A DNA stretch of 64,000 nucleotides from Alphaproteobacteria bacterium GWF2_58_20 (GTDB lineage: Bacteria > Pseudomonadota > Alphaproteobacteria > UBA1247). Below are positions 1 to 8,873 of this stretch, piece by piece. Both the position numbers and the translations under genes were made by a program. Position 1 is the first letter of the stretch, and the number at the start of each line of letters is the position of its first letter. The stretch lies in contig MEMB01000004.1 of the NCBI GenBank assembly GCA_001768735.1, positions 10,168 to 74,167 of the forward strand, read 5' to 3'. The notes beneath the pieces are model-generated. The model worked only from the letters and a program-made list of their open reading frames with translations, was not told where the DNA came from and made no database searches.

Positions 1-349
1 CCGTGACTGCCGCATTACCCGTCAGGCAGGCCTGTTTTTCGGCCATCTGGCCCGCCAGGTGCGCATGGGTATCCTCCCCGTTTACCACACACCCGCCTGG
101 CTGCCTTTCCCCACCACGCAGGACAACCTTTACGGCCCCCTTGGCTGCCACCTGCAGGCCAACAGCATCCTGGAAGGATTTGACCAGACGCTTCCAAATG
201 CGCCCCCGGCCATGCGGCAAGCCCTGCAAACGACCCTTGCGGGCCTGCCCGACCGCAGCGCAGCCCCCGCGCAGCCCCCGAAATGGCGGCGGGGACGGTG
301 GATCATCCGCTATCCTGCCCCTTCTCCAAGGAAGGACGACATGCCATGA
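1..349 (+). CDS. Hypothetical protein, 5'-truncated by the window edge
   Basis: Frame 2 is open from the window start to TGA at 347-349; ATGA overlap with the next gene; ends ...YPAPSPRKDDMP. Confidence 0.5.
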   Translation, partial: RDCRITRQAGLFFGHLARQVRMGILPVYHTPAWLPFPTTQDNLYGPLGCHLQANSILEGFDQTLPNAPPAMRQALQTTLAGLPDRSAAPAQPPKWRRGRWIIRYPAPSPRKDDMP

Positions 350-1323
350 GCGATCCCCAGCATCCGACAATTCCCCGCATGAAACTCCCCATCTGCGCCA
401 CGAATGATTCCCTTCATATGGATTGTCTGCTGGAAGCCTTTTGCAGCAGCAGGTACGGTCACGCCCTGCTGGAATCCGCCTACCACAAGGGTTACCGCAT
501 CAGCCTTGATCACCAGGGGGTCAAGGTTCCCTTGGCAAAATACAACGACAAGAAGAAGATCATCACCCTGCCGGCCTACATGCCGGACGGCATGATTCTC
601 ATGAGCCTGGCCATGGCCCTGCGCGGAATTGCACAGGATGACATCCACATCGAGGACAACGCCAGGCCCAATGAAAAGATTTATGTCATCAAACACAGTG
701 ATTTCTATAATCCGACATCCCAGATTCTCGTCAACCGCCTCCGCAAGGCGGATCAGGTTGTTGCGGCCTTTGACATTGCAGAAGAAATCTCGAAGTCTGG
801 ACATGCCAGCAACATGAATCCTGCAACCTCGATGAAAACCGCCCTGGATATGCATTTCATTTTCGTCAGCAATGCTTATGCCGAAAACATCAGGAACGAT
901 CCGGAAAAAGCCCGGCGGGATGCCTTCAAGGCCTTTTACAAGGAAGTCGCCTGGCTGCCGTCTTTCGATTCCCTGGTGCTGGACCGCATCGAAAAAATGG
1001 AACGCAAGGGCTTTTTCAAGGATGACAAAGCCCTCCTTCAACGTGAGCTGGCCATCAACAACATGTCGCAAACGTTGGAAAAATCCAGCATTCCCTATTT
1101 CAATTCCTCGAAAATCCACTTCGGAGTGCCGCCTTACAACACCATCAACTCCAGCACCAAAACCAGACTGAAAAACATCCTGGAGCGCCTCAAGCTTCCT
1201 GATGACAATATCCTGTACGAAGATCCGGATAATTCGGAGGAATTCGCTCATGTTGACAACGAAGATATTCGTTGCCCATCCGTCCCACGGATCGACCTGA
1301 AACCTGAATTCAGCCCGAAATGA
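346..1323 (+). CDS. Hypothetical protein resembling DUF6782-type putative metallopeptidases, but without the HExxH motif
   Basis: ATG 346 after AAGGAAGGA and coupled to the upstream stop; SRYGHALLESA, LAMALRGIAQ and QILVNRLRKADQ recall that family's pattern (from memory). Confidence 0.55.
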   Translation: MSDPQHPTIPRMKLPICATNDSLHMDCLLEAFCSSRYGHALLESAYHKGYRISLDHQGVKVPLAKYNDKKKIITLPAYMPDGMILMSLAMALRGIAQDDIHIEDNARPNEKIYVIKHSDFYNPTSQILVNRLRKADQVVAAFDIAEEISKSGHASNMNPATSMKTALDMHFIFVSNAYAENIRNDPEKARRDAFKAFYKEVAWLPSFDSLVLDRIEKMERKGFFKDDKALLQRELAINNMSQTLEKSSIPYFNSSKIHFGVPPYNTINSSTKTRLKNILERLKLPDDNILYEDPDNSEEFAHVDNEDIRCPSVPRIDLKPEFSPK

Positions 1324-1769
1324 AAGCCTACACCCTTCTCCGCCACAAAACCCTGGGCGACCATGAGGCCGTCCCGGAGGGCTGGTCATGGAACGCCTTC
1401 CTGATGGGACATCTCTGGGCGCTCTGGCACCATCTGTGGTTTTTCTTCCTGGGCCTTTCGCTGGCCAGCTGGCTCTTTGGCCTAGCCGCCACAGGCCTTT
1501 GCAACATCGTGATCCAGCGTTATGGCACCAACACCGGCATGGATGATTTTGCCCTCGCCATCCTGGCCCTCAAGGTTGACCTTGCCACCAGCACGCTGGC
1601 GCTCATTCCCGTCCTCATTCTTGCGGGGATTTTTGGCAACCGCATGCTCCTGCGCAAACGAATCCAGCAGGGATATGACATTGTTTCACGAAACATGCCC
1701 GCCCGCAGCCGAACAGCCGCCATCCTTTTTGCCGCAACCCATAAGGAAATTCCGGGAAACGCGGCCTGA
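1320..1769 (+). CDS. DUF2628-like membrane protein
   Basis: EGWSWNAFLMGHLWALWHHLW motif, hydrophobic helices, GIFGN near the C-terminus; ATGA overlap with the upstream gene. Confidence 0.7.
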   Translation: MKAYTLLRHKTLGDHEAVPEGWSWNAFLMGHLWALWHHLWFFFLGLSLASWLFGLAATGLCNIVIQRYGTNTGMDDFALAILALKVDLATSTLALIPVLILAGIFGNRMLLRKRIQQGYDIVSRNMPARSRTAAILFAATHKEIPGNAA

Positions 1770-1782
1770 CCGCTTGCGGGAT

Positions 1783-1947
1783 TAGAGCATTTAACGTTTA
1801 GATTGAACAATGCCTGTTGATCTTGGGATGAGCCAGACCGCAAGGCGCAAACCGCAGGGCGATGCGGGCATCGTCCAAGGTTTGAAAACACGGCGGATGG
1901 CCATCAAAAGGCAACAGGGGGATTCAAGATGAACGTTAAATGCTCTA
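1783..1947. mobile_element. Putative MITE / palindromic repeat element, 165 bp including TA at both ends
   Basis: Perfect 16-bp terminal inverted repeat TAGAGCATTTAACGTT...AACGTTAAATGCTCTA, extending to 25 bp with 3 mismatches; internal hairpin GGGCGATG-CGGG-CATCGTCC; no transposase. Confidence 0.75.
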
Positions 1948-3459
1948 TTTCCCGTCCGGTCGCTGGATGGCCGCAGGATTCTCGTTAAAAACGGGAACGC
2001 CATCTGGCCCAAGCTCAACCTTGAACATATCCACCGGCTTGCCGTTCTCCATTTCCTGCAGGGCAGATGCCTGCATGGAGGCCAGGAAAGGCAACAGCTG
2101 CACCACGGGATGGGACGGATCTGAAATGACTGTCCTGGAAGCGGCCGCCACAAGATCTTCAAGCCCGGAAATCCGCAAGGTCGCAGCGCCCTCGATTCTG
2201 GCAGGCGAAACATCGCTGGTCGTTCCATGCACCGCGCCCTTGATATCGACATCTCCAAAAACGCCCGCAAGCTTGGCATCAAACGTTGTGCCCTCCTTCA
2301 CCATGCGGGCATGAATGACATCTTCGGCCTTGGTCATCAACGCCTGTCGCGCCTCGCCTTGCGGCAGGATCGCCACCTGTCCAAGCATGTCCATCCATGT
2401 CTTGAGGATCATCCGGAGGGGGAGCCTGGAAGCATTGATGGTGAGGGACATTTCATGCGGAACAATGTCCGGTTCCGCCATGGGAGGATGCATGGCAACC
2501 CCTTTTTGGGCATAGGTCATGCGCAGGCCGGATTGCGGGGACGCCAGGGCTGTGGCCGCAAGGCCAAAGGCCAGATTGTCAACATCCACACCCGTGCCGG
2601 TTTCCGGATCCTGAAAAGAGATGTCCCGCACATCCATCTGCAAGGCCCCCCCGCCCACAAGGTCAGCCATCTTGCTGAAAAAGGACAGGACAACCTGCGA
2701 AATCTCCTCTTCGGTCAATGCCTTGTCCGGAGTACGGGCAAGGCTGGATTGCAATTCGCTGGAAAGGCCCCTGATTTTTTCCAGATCAAACAGATTCATG
2801 CTGGTGATCGCCTCAACATGGCCAATCCTGAGCAAGTCGGGCTTGCCACTTTCCCGAACATGAAAACCGGACATGTTCAACTTGTCCTGTCCACTCCAGA
2901 GTCCCTTCTCATCCCGTTGCATGTTGCGCACACCCTGCAGGGCCTCCAGATCCATCTGCATCCCGTCGTTTGTGGTCAACCGGATCTTGTCCACCGTCAT
3001 GGCATACTGGATGAAATTCCCCACCTTTTCATGCCAGAGCCCCCCCATGGACTGTTTCCCAAGGGAAACCCTGCCAATCACCTGACGGGAAGCATCGAGA
3101 ACATCCATCTTCTCAGGCAAGCGGATACCAACCCGCCAAACTCCGGTCTCATCCGGCACCAGGCCAAGCTTGATCCCGCCAACCGCCAGTTTCCTGGCCG
3201 CATCCAGCCGAAGATGCATGTCCGGCAGCACCACATTGTACTGTTCCCTGTCCTGGATCACGGACACCTTGCCAAACACTTCAAGGCCGCCATCGGTCTT
3301 CCGTACCGCCGCCACGGCATCCACCTGCGCCTGCAAGATATTCTGCAAACGTGCGGCTTCTTTGGCATTGGTTCCCGCCAAAGCGGACGATGCCTGAAGC
3401 ACCAGCACGCATCCCATCATCCATCCAGAAAAACGCATTGCCATATCCTTTCCAACCAT
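1945..3459 (-). CDS. Exported hypothetical protein (about 500 aa)
   Basis: Long ORF; signal-peptide-like N-terminus ending ASSALA; TAATG coupling to the GT9 gene; the true start may be a few codons downstream. Confidence 0.7.
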   Translation of the reverse strand: MVGKDMAMRFSGWMMGCVLVLQASSALAGTNAKEAARLQNILQAQVDAVAAVRKTDGGLEVFGKVSVIQDREQYNVVLPDMHLRLDAARKLAVGGIKLGLVPDETGVWRVGIRLPEKMDVLDASRQVIGRVSLGKQSMGGLWHEKVGNFIQYAMTVDKIRLTTNDGMQMDLEALQGVRNMQRDEKGLWSGQDKLNMSGFHVRESGKPDLLRIGHVEAITSMNLFDLEKIRGLSSELQSSLARTPDKALTEEEISQVVLSFFSKMADLVGGGALQMDVRDISFQDPETGTGVDVDNLAFGLAATALASPQSGLRMTYAQKGVAMHPPMAEPDIVPHEMSLTINASRLPLRMILKTWMDMLGQVAILPQGEARQALMTKAEDVIHARMVKEGTTFDAKLAGVFGDVDIKGAVHGTTSDVSPARIEGAATLRISGLEDLVAAASRTVISDPSHPVVQLLPFLASMQASALQEMENGKPVDMFKVELGPDGVPVFNENPAAIQRPDGK

Positions 3460-4385
3460 TAATCTTCCAAAAGGCCCGCAAGGGCCCCGATAACCTCTGT
3501 CGCCGCCAGATCGCTCAGGGGCACCCGGCGCAAAACCTTGACCTTGCGCCCGCGCGGGGCCGATTCTGCCGGGTCGGACTCTCCTGAAAACAGCACAAGC
3601 GATGGGGCCCCCGCCATGGCCGCCACATGCATGGGCCCGGTGTCATTGCCAATGGCCGCCACCGCCCCGCGGGCAAGGGCCGCAATATCTGCAATTCCGG
3701 TCCGGTCCACCAGACTTTCCGCCTGCGGACAGGCTGAAAGAATTTCGGCAGCGGATGCAGCCTCATGCCGGGTTCCCAGAACCACCGGCTGAATTCCCCG
3801 GGCCGCCAAAGCCACGGCCAAGCTCCCAAACTGCGACGCTGGCCATCGTTTCCCCGGACGACCGGGCGCCGCACCCGGAACCAGCAGGGCAAACGGAGGA
3901 ACAACGCCAAAAGCCTTTATGTCACCGTCGAGCCACGCCATGTCAGGCTGGGGAACCTTGTCGATCCCGGCCAGGGCCAACTGGGCCACATGGCGGTCAA
4001 ACGCATGCAGGCGATGGAAATCCGCCATGGGCAGCGGGTGGGAACATCCCCGTGCTATCCCGACCCATTCCGGCTTGCAAAACGGCCAGACCACATGGAA
4101 GAACAGACACGTCCGGTCATTCATCTGCAGGTCATAGACGCGGGCAAATTTTCCCTGCCTCAACCGGCGCGCCAGCTGCCACCATTTGCGTATCTGGAAA
4201 AAACGGGCGCGCGTGGTTTCCAGCACCTCATCCGCATATCCGGATTTCCGCAGCAATGGCGCAAAGGCAGGGGTGGTCAGGATCGTGATGCGCGCTCCGG
4301 GATGATGCGCCCGGATGGCAGCCATCGCAGGCAAGGCCAGAATGACATCGCCAAGAGCTCCCAGCTTGATGACAAGGACATTCAT
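3459..4385 (-). CDS. Glycosyltransferase family 9 (LPS heptosyltransferase-like)
   Basis: VLVIKLGALGDV, PGKRWP and IGNDTGPMHVAA motifs. Confidence 0.9.
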   Translation of the reverse strand: MNVLVIKLGALGDVILALPAMAAIRAHHPGARITILTTPAFAPLLRKSGYADEVLETTRARFFQIRKWWQLARRLRQGKFARVYDLQMNDRTCLFFHVVWPFCKPEWVGIARGCSHPLPMADFHRLHAFDRHVAQLALAGIDKVPQPDMAWLDGDIKAFGVVPPFALLVPGAAPGRPGKRWPASQFGSLAVALAARGIQPVVLGTRHEAASAAEILSACPQAESLVDRTGIADIAALARGAVAAIGNDTGPMHVAAMAGAPSLVLFSGESDPAESAPRGRKVKVLRRVPLSDLAATEVIGALAGLLED

Positions 4386-5536
4386 CGCAACACCTCGTCA
4401 TAAACGGCAAGCGTGCCATCCACCATGCGTTCCAGCGCATAGTTTTCCCGCACATGCATCATGGCCGCCGTTCCCAGCGCTTCCCTCGCGTTAGCATCCA
4501 GCGCCAGCGCTTCTTCCAGCGCGCGGGCAAGGGCATCAGCATCATCCGGGGGAACCAGCCAACCGGTTTTCCCGTCGATGATGGTTTCGGCACACCCGCC
4601 AATTCCCGATGCAATCACGGGGCGACCCATGGCTTGCGCCTCTACCGGCACGCGACCGAAACCCTCCGGCACCAGAGAGGGAACCACCACCACCGAAGAC
4701 AGCTGGTAGGCGGTTGTCATGTCATTGCAATGATCGACAAGGGAGACATGGCTGGACAGCCCCAGACTGTTTATCAGCGCAAGGAGTTCCTTTCGGTAGG
4801 CCGATCGGGTGTCATCCCCGCCCAGCATGACACAGAAAAAATCACGCCGCGACAGCTGTACCAAAGCCCGCAACAACACCTCATGGCCCTTGATCCGGGT
4901 CAGTCGGGCCGGCATCAGGATGATTTGCCGGTCATCTGGCAGGGCCCATTTTCGTGAAAGGCCCACCATGCGTTCAGCCGATACCGCCTCCGGCGAAAAG
5001 CGGGAGAGATCGACGCCGCGCGGCACCACCTGGATGATGTCCGGATTGATGGCATAATTTTCCTGGATGTAATGGGAAATGAAATGCGAGATGGCAATCA
5101 CACGCACCCCTTTGGCCATTACGGCATTATAGGCGCGCTTCAGGCGGCCCTGCACCTTGTAGGCCGCATGGAAGGTGGTAACCAGCGGCACACCCGTGCG
5201 TCGGCTGGCGATCAGGCAGCTCCACGCCGGTGCCCGGCTGCGGGCATGAACGAGGGAGATGCCGTTGTCGATGATGACCCTCGCAAGCCGCGCGGCGTTG
5301 CGCCATATGGTCCACGGATTCTTGGAATCCACCGGCAGGATGATGTGGACCGCCTTGGCGCGCTCCAGCTCATGCACCATGGGACCACCGGAAGAGACAA
5401 CATAAGCCCGGGCCCCCGCCTTCACCAGGGCTGCCGCCATTTCCACCGTCCCACGCTCAACGCCGCCGCCCCGCATGGCCGGCAATACCTGCAAGATGGC
5501 TGGGCCTGAACCTGAAGTCCTCTCCCCGGCCTTCAT
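4382..5536 (-). CDS. Glycosyltransferase family 4
   Basis: GGGVERGT, HARSRAPAW, PEGFGRVPVEAQAMG (E-x7-E). Confidence 0.9.
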   Translation of the reverse strand: MKAGERTSGSGPAILQVLPAMRGGGVERGTVEMAAALVKAGARAYVVSSGGPMVHELERAKAVHIILPVDSKNPWTIWRNAARLARVIIDNGISLVHARSRAPAWSCLIASRRTGVPLVTTFHAAYKVQGRLKRAYNAVMAKGVRVIAISHFISHYIQENYAINPDIIQVVPRGVDLSRFSPEAVSAERMVGLSRKWALPDDRQIILMPARLTRIKGHEVLLRALVQLSRRDFFCVMLGGDDTRSAYRKELLALINSLGLSSHVSLVDHCNDMTTAYQLSSVVVVPSLVPEGFGRVPVEAQAMGRPVIASGIGGCAETIIDGKTGWLVPPDDADALARALEEALALDANAREALGTAAMMHVRENYALERMVDGTLAVYDEVLR

Positions 5537-6099
5537 GGCTGCCTCCTGCGCAGAAAAAACACAGCGGCCGCGCCATATCGCCGCCGGTCAAGCCGTTCCC
5601 AGCCCTGCCCCACATCCAGATCCTCGCGGGCAGCCACTTCCGCCACCACCACCGCATCCGGTGCCAGCCATCCCGCCTTTTCAAGCGCGGCAAGGGCAGG
5701 CGGAATGAGTCCGGAAAGATAAGGCGGATCAAGGAACACCAGGCCACAGGCTTCAGGCGCCGCCGGAAGCTGCGGAACGGTGGAAGGGAAAAGACGCGCC
5801 CGGACTTCCTCATGCAAAAGGGAAACATTGCCCTTGCAGGCAGCCAGCGCCTGCGGGGCGCTGTCAATGAAAAAAGCCTTTTCAGCCCCGCGGGAAAGGG
5901 CTTCAAGCCCCAGTGCCCCTGTGCCACAGAACACATCGGCCACCACCGCTCCCAAAACCAGATTGCCCTCAGGCAGCCAGCCATGGTTTTCCAGGATATT
6001 GAACACCGCCTGCCGCGCACGATCGGACGTCGGGCGCACATCCATGCCGGAAGGCGCGCACAGGCTACGCCCGCGATGACGTCCGGCGACAATCCTCAT
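5533..6099 (-). CDS. rsmD: 16S rRNA m2G966 methyltransferase
   Basis: MRIVAG..RGR, RPTSDRAR, FCGTGALGLEALSRGA, FLDPPY. Confidence 0.95.
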   Translation of the reverse strand: MRIVAGRHRGRSLCAPSGMDVRPTSDRARQAVFNILENHGWLPEGNLVLGAVVADVFCGTGALGLEALSRGAEKAFFIDSAPQALAACKGNVSLLHEEVRARLFPSTVPQLPAAPEACGLVFLDPPYLSGLIPPALAALEKAGWLAPDAVVVAEVAAREDLDVGQGWERLDRRRYGAAAVFFLRRRQP

Positions 6100-6836
6100 G
6101 GAGCTTTATCCCCCATCTGCTCCCGCACCACGCGACGCGGCACTTCCTCAACATGGCCCCGCGTCAGATTGCCCAACTGAAACGGTCCATAGGATGTACG
6201 GATAAGCCGTCCCACCTTGAGCCCCACACTTTCCAGCAGACGGCGCACTTCGCGATTTTTGCCTTCGGTAATAGCGATGGATACCCAGACATTATCGCCC
6301 TGCTCGCGCTCCAGCGTGGCCTTGATAGGACCATAAACAACCTTGTCCACAATGCAGCCATCCGCCAGGGTGTCCAGCCGGGCCTGGGTCACCCGGCCAA
6401 AGGCGCGCGCACGGTAATGGCGCACCCAGCCGGTTGAGGGGAGTTCCATCTTGCGGGCCAGCTCCCCGTCATTGGTGAGAAGGATGAGCCCCTCGGAGCT
6501 GAGATCAAGCCGCCCAATGCTGATGGTGCGCGGAAAATCGGGCGGCAAGAGGTCGAAAATCGTTGGACGCCCCATTTCATCCCGTGCCGTGGTCACAAAA
6601 CCGGCGGGCTTGTGGAAGCGCCACAGGCGGGTGGGTTCAACATCGGGAATGGCCTTGCCATCCACCGTGATGAAGTCGGCCGGCATGACCAGCGTTCCGG
6701 GTTCCACAATCACGCGGCCCCCAACGGAGATGCGCCCTTCGGCGATCATTTTCTCGGCGTCGCGACGCGAGCACACTCCGGCGCGCGACAACCTCTTGGC
6801 GATACGTTCGCCTTTTTTGCTTTCAGACGGGTTCAT
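6096..6836 (-). CDS. rluB: S4-domain rRNA pseudouridine synthase (RluB/RsuA family)
   Basis: ERIAKRLSRAGVCSRRDAE, GRLDLSSEGLILLTNDG, EGKNREVRR; start set at ATG 6836 after AGGGGG. Confidence 0.88.
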   Translation of the reverse strand: MNPSESKKGERIAKRLSRAGVCSRRDAEKMIAEGRISVGGRVIVEPGTLVMPADFITVDGKAIPDVEPTRLWRFHKPAGFVTTARDEMGRPTIFDLLPPDFPRTISIGRLDLSSEGLILLTNDGELARKMELPSTGWVRHYRARAFGRVTQARLDTLADGCIVDKVVYGPIKATLEREQGDNVWVSIAITEGKNREVRRLLESVGLKVGRLIRTSYGPFQLGNLTRGHVEEVPRRVVREQMGDKAP

Positions 6837-6932
6837 GCCCCCTGTATAGAGCAAAACATGGCCAAGGGGAATCCCTTCTGACAGTGACAAGGAGGTTTTC
6901 ATCCGGGGCCTTTTGGGTTTATAAGGAACGGC

Positions 6933-7397
6933 ATGACCCTCTCCGTTCCGACATCCCCCCTGCAACAGGCCTTCATTGAAGCCGAAAAAGCCGCAGAACG
7001 CGGGGAGATTCCGGTGGGCGCCGTCATTTATGACCCGGCCGGGAAAACCATTGTCGCCGCAGCCGGAAACCGGGTGATCGAAACCAGCGACCCAACCGCC
7101 CACGCCGAAATCCTGGCCATTCGCGCCGCCTGCATGGTGATGGGAGCCCCGCGGATTCCGGACCTGGAGATTTTTGTCACTCTGGAGCCCTGCGCCATGT
7201 GCGCGGCCGCCATTGCCCAGGCCCGCCTCAAAAAACTGACCTTCGCCGCCTATGACCCCAAGGGGGGCGGCGTGGAACACGGCCCACGCTTCTTCACCCA
7301 GCCCACCTGCCATCACCACCCTGAAATCATCGGCGGCATTGAGGAACGCCGTGCGGCAGAACTGCTGCGCGCATTTTTCATGGACAAGCGGGAATGA
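6933..7397 (+). CDS. tadA: tRNA adenosine deaminase
   Basis: GEIPVGAV, DPTAHAE, TLEPCAMC, DPKGG. Confidence 0.9.
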   Translation: MTLSVPTSPLQQAFIEAEKAAERGEIPVGAVIYDPAGKTIVAAAGNRVIETSDPTAHAEILAIRAACMVMGAPRIPDLEIFVTLEPCAMCAAAIAQARLKKLTFAAYDPKGGGVEHGPRFFTQPTCHHHPEIIGGIEERRAAELLRAFFMDKRE

Positions 7398-8806
7398 CAC
7401 AGCTTCCTGAAAATCCGGCCCTGTTCGAGGGCCCCCCCGCCCTTTCGGTCAGCGAACTGTCCCGCCAGCTGCGCCAGGTGGTTGAACAGTCTTTCCGCCA
7501 AGTGCGCGTGCGCGGGGAAATCTCCCAGCCCAAACTGGCATCCTCCGGACATTTCTACCTGCGCCTCAAGGACAGCGAAGCGGTGATTGATGCCGTCTGC
7601 TGGAAAAAGGTGGCCGCAGCCCTTCCCGTCCGTCCAGAAGAAGGCCTGGAAGTCATCTGCACCGGACGTCTGACCACCTATGCCGGCCGTTCCAGCTACC
7701 AGATTGTCATCGACAGCATGGAGGTGGCAGGCCAGGGCGCCCTGCTCAAGCTCATCGAGGAACGCCGCAAGCGGCTGGCCGCCGAAGGCCTGTTTGATGA
7801 AGAACGCAAGAAACCCCTGCCTTTCCTGCCAAACGTCATTGGCGTTGTTTCCTCCCCCACCGGGGCCGTTATCCGCGACATCCTGCATCGGCTGGCTGAC
7901 CGTTGCCCGCGGCATGTCCTTCTCTGGCCCGTTCTGGTGCAGGGAGAACATGCGGCCATCCAGATCGCCACCGCCATCCGCGGCTTCAACGCCCTGTCAC
8001 CCCATGGCGACATCCCCCGGCCAGACCTCATCATTGTGGCCCGTGGCGGCGGTTCGCTGGAAGACCTCATGGCCTTCAACGAGGAAAGCGTGGTGCGTGC
8101 AGCCGCGGCCAGCGCCATTCCGCTCATTTCTGCCATTGGCCATGAAACGGACACCACCCTTATCGACTTTGCCGCCGACCGTCGGGCCCCCACACCCACC
8201 GCCGCTGCCGAAATGGCGGTCCCCGTCATGGTGGATCTTGCGGCCCATCTCACCGACAACGGCGCACGAATGGCACGGGCCCTGCACAAAACCTTCTCCT
8301 TTTCCGCCACGAGAATCACCGACCTTTCCCGCAGCCTGTCGTCGCCCACCACAGCCATCGCCACGTTCGCCCGACGCTGCGACGATGCCGGAGCCCGGCT
8401 CCAGATGGCCCTGAAAAACGGCATGGACCGGCAACGCTCCAGCACCCATGCGCTGGCCCTGCGGCTGCCGGACATGCTCCCGCGAATCATCCAGGCAAAA
8501 ACGAGCCTTGCCCTTCCCGCAAGGCGCCTGGATCCTGCCATGACGCGAATCGGCGAGCAGGCACAACAGCGTCTGACCCTGGCCGCCTCCCTGCTCGAAG
8601 GCTACTCCCCGCAACACGTTCTCAGGCGTGGCTATGCCATGGTTTCCGCAACTTCAGGAGAAATCCTCACCTCCGCATCCGATGCCGCAGCCGCTCCCCG
8701 CATGACCCTGACATTTGCGGATGGCCGAATCGACGTGCAGCCTCTCAAGGATCGGAAACGCGAATCCGGAAAGCCTGTTGAATCGCAACAGGGAATCCTG
8801 TTTTAA
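7394..8806 (+). CDS. xseA: Exodeoxyribonuclease VII large subunit
   Basis: SGHFYLRLKD, ARGGGSLEDL, SAIGHETD, RAPTPTAAAE, LRRGYA. Confidence 0.95.
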   Translation: MTQLPENPALFEGPPALSVSELSRQLRQVVEQSFRQVRVRGEISQPKLASSGHFYLRLKDSEAVIDAVCWKKVAAALPVRPEEGLEVICTGRLTTYAGRSSYQIVIDSMEVAGQGALLKLIEERRKRLAAEGLFDEERKKPLPFLPNVIGVVSSPTGAVIRDILHRLADRCPRHVLLWPVLVQGEHAAIQIATAIRGFNALSPHGDIPRPDLIIVARGGGSLEDLMAFNEESVVRAAAASAIPLISAIGHETDTTLIDFAADRRAPTPTAAAEMAVPVMVDLAAHLTDNGARMARALHKTFSFSATRITDLSRSLSSPTTAIATFARRCDDAGARLQMALKNGMDRQRSSTHALALRLPDMLPRIIQAKTSLALPARRLDPAMTRIGEQAQQRLTLAASLLEGYSPQHVLRRGYAMVSATSGEILTSASDAAAAPRMTLTFADGRIDVQPLKDRKRESGKPVESQQGILF

Positions 8807-8817
8807 CGACATATTAA
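8803..8817. promoter_or_regulatory. CtrA binding site (TTAA-N7-TTAA)
   Basis: TTAA-CGACATA-TTAA, about 56 bp upstream of the PAS kinase start, in a GC-rich background. Confidence 0.65.
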
Positions 8818-8873
8818 TCAAGGTTACCCATTCTTTATCAACTACCTATGAGGCGTTCTTCAGGGAGTGCATC

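Noticed and set aside
6837-7400. Long N-terminal extension of rluB in the ORF track (similarly for addB, chvI and the RCC1 protein)
   Set aside because: Artefacts of choosing the most upstream start; they overlap real genes or spacers, and better-placed starts exist downstream
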